Below, piece by piece: positions 57,551-64,000 of a DNA stretch of 64,000 bases (within the stretch, counting starts at the first letter, position 1; each line of letters opens with the position of its first letter). Origin of the DNA: Candidatus Woesearchaeota archaeon. Lineage in GTDB: Archaea; Nanobdellota; Nanobdellia; Woesearchaeales; JAGVYF01. The translations under genes were made by a program, and so were the position numbers. Below the pieces are notes generated by a model. It saw only the letters and a list, made by a program, of their open reading frames with translations. It had not been told where the DNA came from and did not search any database. Location: positions 65,599-129,598 of the forward strand of contig JBAZLJ010000002.1 in NCBI GenBank assembly GCA_041650315.1, given 5' to 3'.

Positions 57551-58585
57551 TTAGAAAATGATATTGAAAATGTACGACAGAATCAGGACTTGAGGAACGC
57601 TCACTATTGGCATCCACATTGCAGTTTTCTTGCCGATGGTTGACCAGATCAAGCCAATCTCTGTATAGTCTGTCACTACTCCAGCCATCAGGAAAGTGAA
57701 TACGTTGCCGAAAGCGCCGGTCTGGCGGTATAGTTCGAATGCGATTGGTGAAGAGCCTTCTGAGCAGACTTCGATGATTGTGGCAATAAGTAGGGTTGCT
57801 AATAGGCCTAGTATTGATGGACCAAAGTAGTCCATGAAAATATGAGTCGGAACGTATGCTCTGATGAATGCGGCTATAGTCATGCCAATCATTATCCACC
57901 AGAGAATCATCCTAGTCAATGACCAAGAGCCTTTAGCTATGCCTTTTGCTATTGCTTTAGGCGAATAATCAATCTTTAACGGAGTTTTTCTTGCTTTGAT
58001 CTCTTTTTGGTACTTGTGCTGGTCAAGCATTCCTTTTCGGTCTAATACTTGAAGTATGAGTCCGGTTGTTGTTGCAATGAAAATCGCTGAAATTACGAAA
58101 ACTAGTGCTTTCCAGCCGAAGAAGCTGAATAAGAGCAAAGTTATCGGTAGATTAGCCCAAGGGCTTGCTAATAGGAATGCTATGACTGCTGGAATGGATG
58201 CGCCTTTCTTGTATAATTCCACTGATAATGCCAATATTCCATGACTGCAAGCACTTAACAAGAAACCGAGCATGACTGATATGAATATTGTTTTCTTCTT
58301 TGTTCCGCCTATAAGCTTCATCACGAATTCGTCCGGTACGAGATAATCAATGACTCCCCCGAGGAATAATCCTAACGCTACAGCCCACCAGATGAGCAGG
58401 AAATATTCGATCAACGCTGCTGCGAACGGATTTAGATATGATGTGAATGAACCTATTGCGAATAATGTCAAAGTAACGACACTCACCCAGAATAAGTTCT
58501 CTCTGTAAAAAGGAGTGCCTGGTTTGCAATGTTCGCAAGTCAGAGATTCTTTAGGTTCATGTTCTGGATGATGGACGTGAGACAT
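57551..58585 (-). CDS. Permease (ArsP/UPF0718 family)
   Basis: SACSHG, AFLLASP, EVCSEGSSPIA, FLMAG, His-rich N-terminus. Confidence 0.85.
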   Translation of the reverse strand: MSHVHHPEHEPKESLTCEHCKPGTPFYRENLFWVSVVTLTLFAIGSFTSYLNPFAAALIEYFLLIWWAVALGLFLGGVIDYLVPDEFVMKLIGGTKKKTIFISVMLGFLLSACSHGILALSVELYKKGASIPAVIAFLLASPWANLPITLLLFSFFGWKALVFVISAIFIATTTGLILQVLDRKGMLDQHKYQKEIKARKTPLKIDYSPKAIAKGIAKGSWSLTRMILWWIMIGMTIAAFIRAYVPTHIFMDYFGPSILGLLATLLIATIIEVCSEGSSPIAFELYRQTGAFGNVFTFLMAGVVTDYTEIGLIWSTIGKKTAMWMPIVSVPQVLILSYIFNIIF

Positions 58586-58717
58586 ACAGCATTCTTTGGA
58601 AACTGAATTATTTAAAGTTGTTGTTTTACCAATTAACCAACGTAAAACCGAAACGTAACATATATAAATGATAAAATATCTATATTCCTATAAGAAAAAA
58701 GAGGGTGTATCTGTAGC

Positions 58718-59176
58718 ATGATAGAAACGATTACCAGTTTGTTTACTAGTTTATGGTTTTATTCAGCGATACTTCTAGTTGTAATCGTAATATTGGTTGT
58801 GTACAAACTCAAACTATTCAGTAATATGTTCTATAAAGATCATGAGACAGATATCGCTGAAAAGGCATCTGCATTGATCCAAAAAGAAAAGGAATTGAAG
58901 CTTAAAGAGAAAGAAGTCCATAGACAGATTGAATTGCTTTACAAGGATTCCATTGTTGTCGATAACCTGCGTGAGATGATGGACAAGAAGCATTCTACCT
59001 ACAAAGAGTATGAACAGAAAGTAAAAGGGCATCATAAAGAGCTGAAAGATGTCAAAGAAGTATTGTCTACTGTTGACGAACTGCTTGAGAAGCTGCCTGA
59101 AAAGGATATAGAGAAATTCGTGAAATCATCAAAATTCAAGATATATAAGAAAGCTATAGAGAAATATGTGAAATGA
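58718..59176 (+). CDS. Membrane-anchored coiled-coil protein
   Basis: N-terminal TM, VDELLEKLPEKDIEKFVKS. Confidence 0.7.
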   Translation: MIETITSLFTSLWFYSAILLVVIVILVVYKLKLFSNMFYKDHETDIAEKASALIQKEKELKLKEKEVHRQIELLYKDSIVVDNLREMMDKKHSTYKEYEQKVKGHHKELKDVKEVLSTVDELLEKLPEKDIEKFVKSSKFKIYKKAIEKYVK

Positions 59177-59177
59177 G

Positions 59178-59567
59178 ATGGCTGCTAAAACCAAATTAAA
59201 AAAATCGCGTAAAGTCCCTTCTAAGAAAGCTAGCAAACCATTATCGAATCATGTATACACCACAAAGATCGACGAGATACTCAGCCTAATACAGAAAGAG
59301 GGGAAGATTTCCCTCGAAGATCTTGCTATTGAGACTGACCTTTCTCTTGAGGAAGTCGAAAACTGGCTCAAGATACTGCAAGGCAAGAATCTTGTCGGCA
59401 TTGAATACCCAGTTATGGGAAAGCCTTACGTTTATGTCATCGGAAAGACGAAACATGAAGAAGTTGACCCGAGCGAAATTGAAACTACTAAGACACGGAA
59501 CATGATAGTGTTTGGAGCTATTGTGTTTGTGCTGATGATGGTAGCTTATTACTTATTTTTCATGTGA
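59178..59567 (+). CDS. Winged-helix-like protein with a C-terminal TM anchor
   Basis: TKIDEILSLI...ISLEDLA...VENWLKIL, hydrophobic C-terminus. Confidence 0.65.
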   Translation: MAAKTKLKKSRKVPSKKASKPLSNHVYTTKIDEILSLIQKEGKISLEDLAIETDLSLEEVENWLKILQGKNLVGIEYPVMGKPYVYVIGKTKHEEVDPSEIETTKTRNMIVFGAIVFVLMMVAYYLFFM

Positions 59568-61120
59568 AAATGAAACTAAAAGAATACGAAACTTGCGGAC
59601 AGAAAAAATTGCTTGATTCCTATACTTTAGTGTCTGATAATGTGCCTGTAACTGTCAATATATGGGACTGCAGTGAAGAGAGCATCCCTGTATATGAAAT
59701 AAAGTTCCCTGCAATCGGCGCTGGAACCTCAGCGTTCTTGGACGCTTTACGTGATGAAGTAGCACGAGATATCTCTGTGAAGAACGAGATATTGACTGAC
59801 CCTAAAGTCGCTGCGCGCACTAAATCCGAATACCATCACAAGATTAGGCATATGATAAAAGATAGATTGCCTGGAACTCCGGAAGATCATATCAATCTTT
59901 TCGCAGGAATGACTCTGCATAAGATGTACGGACTTGGCGATATGGAAATAGTCCTTTCTGATAATTTCCTAGAAGAAGTCGCTGTGAATAGCGCGAAGCA
60001 GCCTGTCTCTGTGTACCACAAGAAGCATGGCTGGTGTAAGACAATGCTCTTTGTCGAGAATGAGGAAGAAATCTATAATATCTCTTCATTGATTGGACGT
60101 AATGTCGGCAAAGATATCACTAATCTTAATCCTATGATGGATGCACATCTCCTTTCAGGCGACAGGGTCGCTTCCACGCTATTTCCGATCAGTACTGGCG
60201 GGAACACTATCACAATTAGACGTTTTGCTAGAGTGCCTTGGACTGTGACTCACTTTATCAGTCCGGAATACAAAACTATGTCTGTCGATGTCGCCGCACT
60301 CCTTTGGATGGCTATGCATTACGAACTTAATGTTGTCGTTGCCGGAGGAACTGCTTCTGGTAAAACTTCTGTTTTGAATACCCTCGCTTCATTCATTCCA
60401 CCAACTCAAAGGATTATTTCAGTTGAAGATACTCGCGAGATTAATTTGCCGAAACCATTGCATTGGAACTGGGTTCCTTTGGCAAGCAGGACCCCTAACT
60501 TAGAAGGACAAGGTTCTGTGTCAATGCTTGATTTGATTCAAGCATCTTTACGTATGAGGCCTGACAGAATAGTTGTCGGCGAGATCCGGAAACCTGACCA
60601 GGCAGAAGCTTTATTCGAAGCTATGCACACAGGACACTCTATTTACGCTACTATGCATGCAGATACAGCCCAACAAGTTCAAAGAAGACTGACCGAACCG
60701 CCAATGAATGTACCAGTGGCGGAAGTCTCTTCTTTGCATCTGATATTAGTCCAGTATCGTGATAGACGAACGGGGCGCAGAAGGACTATGGAATTGACTG
60801 AACTGCTTCCGACCTCAGGAGAAACTTCTAAACTTGAGTTGAATCCTCTCTACAGATGGAGACCGAGAGTAGATAAATTCGAAGAAGTCAATAAACCAAC
60901 ACGTCTTTTTGACGAATTGAACCTGCATACAGGCATGACAGTCAAAGAGATTGAAGAGGATCTTGAAGGGAAGAAATCAGTCTTGAACTGGATGATCAAA
61001 AATAAATTGTTCGATATAGATCAAGTTGGAGATGTGTTCAGGATATACTACAAAGAGCCTTCACTACTTCTTAATGCTGTGAAAGAAGGCTGGACTTATG
61101 ATAGATTGGTCGGCAAATGA
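59564..61120 (+). CDS. Type IV pilus/secretion ATPase (CpaF/TadA/FlaI family)
   Basis: GGTASGKT, SVEDTRE, LRMRPDRIVVGEIR, MHTGHS..TMHA. Confidence 0.92.
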   Translation: MKMKLKEYETCGQKKLLDSYTLVSDNVPVTVNIWDCSEESIPVYEIKFPAIGAGTSAFLDALRDEVARDISVKNEILTDPKVAARTKSEYHHKIRHMIKDRLPGTPEDHINLFAGMTLHKMYGLGDMEIVLSDNFLEEVAVNSAKQPVSVYHKKHGWCKTMLFVENEEEIYNISSLIGRNVGKDITNLNPMMDAHLLSGDRVASTLFPISTGGNTITIRRFARVPWTVTHFISPEYKTMSVDVAALLWMAMHYELNVVVAGGTASGKTSVLNTLASFIPPTQRIISVEDTREINLPKPLHWNWVPLASRTPNLEGQGSVSMLDLIQASLRMRPDRIVVGEIRKPDQAEALFEAMHTGHSIYATMHADTAQQVQRRLTEPPMNVPVAEVSSLHLILVQYRDRRTGRRRTMELTELLPTSGETSKLELNPLYRWRPRVDKFEEVNKPTRLFDELNLHTGMTVKEIEEDLEGKKSVLNWMIKNKLFDIDQVGDVFRIYYKEPSLLLNAVKEGWTYDRLVGK

Positions 61121-62013
61121 AAGACATAAGATTGCCATTCCAGATCTTTGGAATACGGACAACGAATAAGTTGGATTCTGCTTTTTCAGGTATTTTCCAA
61201 CGCGTTGAGAAGTTTGTTCCTGGATTGAAATATGATCTAGTAAAAAGCGATCTTGAGGTTTCACCAACTGAATATGTCGGATTCTGCTTTTTTAATTCGT
61301 TTTTTATGTTCGCTATCGCTTTTGTTTTCTTATTTCCGCTTAGCTTTCTTGTAGCTGGACGTCCTTTGCTTATCTCTTTGGAGATTGGGCTTGGTTCTGC
61401 TTTGTTGATATTTTTTATGATGTTCTATATCTTACTGCGTTATCCTTCAGTCACTGCCGGTAAAATAAGCGAACAGATCGACAAGAATCTTGTGTATGGT
61501 CTGAAGGATTTGCTTCTACAACTTAGTTCAGGAATTCCGTTGTATAACGCTATATCCAACGTAGCTGACGCTAAATACGGACAGATTTCCTATGAGTTCT
61601 CTAAAGTCAGCAAGAATATCAAAACAGGAATGCCTGTTGTTATCGCCTTAGAGAAGATGGCAGTAGAGACTAAATCAAAATTCTTGAAAAGGACTGTGTG
61701 GCAGATGGTCAACTCGATTAAAGCTGGATCTTCTGTTAAAGGCGCTTTACAGTCGGTTATACTAGAATTGATGAATGAGCAACGCAATAGCATAATGAAT
61801 TACGCCAAGGAATTGAATCTATGGACTTTGATTTACATGCTTTTTGCTGTGGCTATACCTTCAATTGGCGGTACGCTGCTGATAGTATTGTCTAGCTTCG
61901 CTGGCGCGGGAATAAGCAAAAGTTCTTTTGTATTGTTTTTATCTCTCGGATTCATTGTACAGATCGGATTGATTGAATTCATAAAATCACGGAGACCGGT
62001 GATCAACATATGA
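61117..62013 (+). CDS. Type II secretion F-domain (TadB/C-like) protein
   Basis: T2SSF pattern LSSGIPLYNAI...YGQISYEF with flanking TMs. Confidence 0.85.
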   Translation: MKDIRLPFQIFGIRTTNKLDSAFSGIFQRVEKFVPGLKYDLVKSDLEVSPTEYVGFCFFNSFFMFAIAFVFLFPLSFLVAGRPLLISLEIGLGSALLIFFMMFYILLRYPSVTAGKISEQIDKNLVYGLKDLLLQLSSGIPLYNAISNVADAKYGQISYEFSKVSKNIKTGMPVVIALEKMAVETKSKFLKRTVWQMVNSIKAGSSVKGALQSVILELMNEQRNSIMNYAKELNLWTLIYMLFAVAIPSIGGTLLIVLSSFAGAGISKSSFVLFLSLGFIVQIGLIEFIKSRRPVINI

Positions 62014-62978
62014 ATATCTATAAGTTTGTTGCAAACCTGTATCCTAAGAAAGCGCAGATCTATTTGGGCAAATTGCTGAAATCTGCAGGAGATAATTCTC
62101 CGCTTGAATATTGGCTTGGCTCTTATACGTTATTTTCATTTTTAGTTGGTTTCGCTATATTCATATCGTCTTGGACGATTTATGGATATCTCGACTTATA
62201 TTACCTTTTAGTGGGTATTGCTGTATCTCTACTTATCATGTTCTTTGTGCTGATTGTGATATTCTTGAAATTCGAGGATAGGATTGCGCGTATCGATGAA
62301 GTGATTCCGGATATGCTGATGCTTGTCGCATCTAATCTGACTTCGGGACTTACGCCTTACCAAGCATTGAATGTGAGCGCGCGTCCTGAGTTTGGTCCGC
62401 TTTCTGAAGAGATTAAAGTGGTTGTGAAGAAAAGTCACGGGACTGAATCTTTTACGGACTTGCTTCTTCGTATGACTGATAATATTAAATCAGAATCACT
62501 TGATAGGGTAATTAAAATGTTCTCTTCTGCTATGCGTGCCGGCGGGAAACTTGCGCAATTGCTTGAGGATATCGCCGCAGATATGTCTGCGACCAAAGTA
62601 TTGAAGGATGAGCTTGTGACTACTACTAAAACTTATACGACTTTCATTTTGTTTACGATTATTATTGGAAGTCCTTTACTTTTGGGAATATCCATACATT
62701 TCATCAATCTTGTCGCGGATCTGCAGACGAGCACCACTAACAACCCAGGTTATGGGCTGGATTTCCTCGCAGGCGGATTGACTATAACGCCGGAGTATCT
62801 GACTATGGTGTCCATCATCATGCTGATAATCACATCGTTCTTGACAGCTTCATTGCTCGGAGTGATTAAAGAAGGAAACGAGATATACGGACTGCGTTAT
62901 GCTCCACTTTTGTTAGCGGGGACTTTGACGACTTTCTTCATTGTCAGGTATGTGATCAGTGTGTTCTTCGCAGTTTAA
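62010..62978 (+). CDS. Type II secretion F-domain (TadB/C-like) protein
   Basis: PDMLMLVASNLTSGLTP...FGPLSEEI...AGGKLAQLL. Confidence 0.85.
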   Translation: MNIYKFVANLYPKKAQIYLGKLLKSAGDNSPLEYWLGSYTLFSFLVGFAIFISSWTIYGYLDLYYLLVGIAVSLLIMFFVLIVIFLKFEDRIARIDEVIPDMLMLVASNLTSGLTPYQALNVSARPEFGPLSEEIKVVVKKSHGTESFTDLLLRMTDNIKSESLDRVIKMFSSAMRAGGKLAQLLEDIAADMSATKVLKDELVTTTKTYTTFILFTIIIGSPLLLGISIHFINLVADLQTSTTNNPGYGLDFLAGGLTITPEYLTMVSIIMLIITSFLTASLLGVIKEGNEIYGLRYAPLLLAGTLTTFFIVRYVISVFFAV

Positions 62979-62988
62979 AAATAAAAAA

Positions 62989-63351
62989 TTATGCAGCCAT
63001 CTCATTATTTGAGAACATATTTATCGAGAATCTATTGGCTATATGTGGAAATTTTTTCTTGTTCCTCTCAATTATTTTGACTAACCCTATGCCTTCAAGA
63101 TACTTTATGTTCCTGAATACCACTTCATAAGGCTTATTCAATTCTTTAGCCAATTGATATATATTCTTGACATTATTCTTATATACCTTCTGAAGCAATT
63201 TTATTCTTTCAGGACTGAACACTTTGTTGAAAATCTCGGGAGTCATGATTATGTCGGATTCAGGCTTAGTCAATCTGCCTTTCTTCATCTTTTCATTAAT
63301 CTCTTCATTGTACTTCTTAATAGATTCCACAATTTTTATCTCGTGCACCAT
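62989..63351 (-). CDS. HTH antitoxin-like regulator (HVO_A0114-like)
   Basis: VFSPERIKLL...NIYQLAKELNKPYEVVFRNIKYLEGIGLV. Confidence 0.75.
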   Translation of the reverse strand: MVHEIKIVESIKKYNEEINEKMKKGRLTKPESDIIMTPEIFNKVFSPERIKLLQKVYKNNVKNIYQLAKELNKPYEVVFRNIKYLEGIGLVKIIERNKKKFPHIANRFSINMFSNNEMAA

Positions 63352-63361
63352 TTTATTACCT

Positions 63362-63691
63362 CTATTCGAATTCTATAATCCTCTTGAATCTCTCTTTCAA
63401 TAGGCGTTTGCTTACCTCTTTGATGACTTTCTCAGCATCATGGAAAGAGACATCTATTCTCTTGACTTTCCTTACCTTGTATACATGTATATGACAGCCA
63501 TATTGCGATTCGTGAGGATAATTATCAATCCGGCATAGCTCGATCCATTCTGAACCATTGAAATAAAGCATCTGCAATGCCCATTTGAACATCTCAGGAA
63601 ATTCCTTAGGGACTTCCATCTTGCTTAGATTCTTCACTAATCTGACATCAACATCGTACATCTCTTCGAAGCCGTCAAATATCAATTTCAT
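63362..63691 (-). CDS. DUF6516/TumE-like putative toxin
   Basis: FPEMFKWAL...RIDNYPHESQYGCHIH, directly upstream of the HTH gene. Confidence 0.6.
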   Translation of the reverse strand: MKLIFDGFEEMYDVDVRLVKNLSKMEVPKEFPEMFKWALQMLYFNGSEWIELCRIDNYPHESQYGCHIHVYKVRKVKRIDVSFHDAEKVIKEVSKRLLKERFKRIIEFE

Positions 63692-63793
63692 GGCGTTCTA
63701 CTATATGACTTACCAAGTCATATATATAAACTTTTCTATCATCTATTGCCTTTATAATAACATTTATAAATCTATATTGAGTACTCAACACCT

Positions 63794-64000
63794 ATGGAAG
63801 ACATGCGCAAGATAGCAGACTCACTGCATCCTTTAGAGAGGAAAGTATTGCCTCTTATTAAGAAACATGACAGGCTTTCTTCGCTAATTACTGCATCTGG
63901 ACTTGCTGATGCGGCTGTTATGAGAGCTTTGCAATGGTTGGCGAACAAATCTTTAGTTGTATCTAAAGAAGATTTCTTGAAGCGCGTTGAATTGGATAAG
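63794..64000 (+). CDS. pheS: Phenylalanyl-tRNA synthetase alpha subunit, N-terminus (runs off the window)
   Basis: MEDMRKIADSLHPLERKVLPLI...SGLADAAVMRALQWLANKSLV, the archaeal PheRS-alpha N-terminal winged helix. Confidence 0.75.
   Translation, partial: MEDMRKIADSLHPLERKVLPLIKKHDRLSSLITASGLADAAVMRALQWLANKSLVVSKEDFLKRVELDK

Noticed and set aside
292..63815. Numerous 60-175-aa antisense or nested ORFs in the track
   Set aside because: They are shadows of well-supported genes on the opposite strand or frame, with no motifs.
1..64000. CRISPR array, cas genes, rRNA genes, IS transposases
   Set aside because: No regularly spaced repeat-spacer run, rRNA-like sequence or transposase motif was seen. 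The repeats found occur in only 2-3 copies.

Overview
Archaeal chromosome, most consistent with a DPANN (Woesearchaeota-like) lineage. The evidence is archaeal-type GlyRS/AspRS/PheRS-alpha, HerA-Mre11, FlaI/FlaJ(Tad)-type ATPase and platform genes, and tRNAs with bulge-helix-bulge introns. The lineage call is inference. The backbone also carries translin, a bacterial-type TGT, a group 3b-like [NiFe] hydrogenase, GDH, an AsnB-Dph6 fusion and FtsZ. A ~24.5 kb element (28899..53382) is integrated at the 3' end of tRNA-Thr(GGT), bounded by a 15-bp direct repeat with a tyrosine integrase next to the tRNA. It carries four things: a minimal VirB2/VirB6/VirB4 module whose VirB4 has a fused PD-(D/E)xK-like domain, ArdA, a PLD-helicase/Eco57I-like methyltransferase/nuclease operon, and an unexplained operon of HAD hydrolase, degenerate TyrRS-like/wHTH protein, B12 radical SAM and nucleoside deoxyribosyltransferase-like enzyme. 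Intergenic DNA holds a family of ~110-125 bp hairpin elements with GNA mini-hairpins and tandem G.A motifs. Three of them sit between duplicated tRNA or gene ends, like micro integrative elements. A free-standing LAGLIDADG ORF reads into a double-intron tRNA-Leu and stops inside its first intron. All calls were made by eye and no database searches were run.
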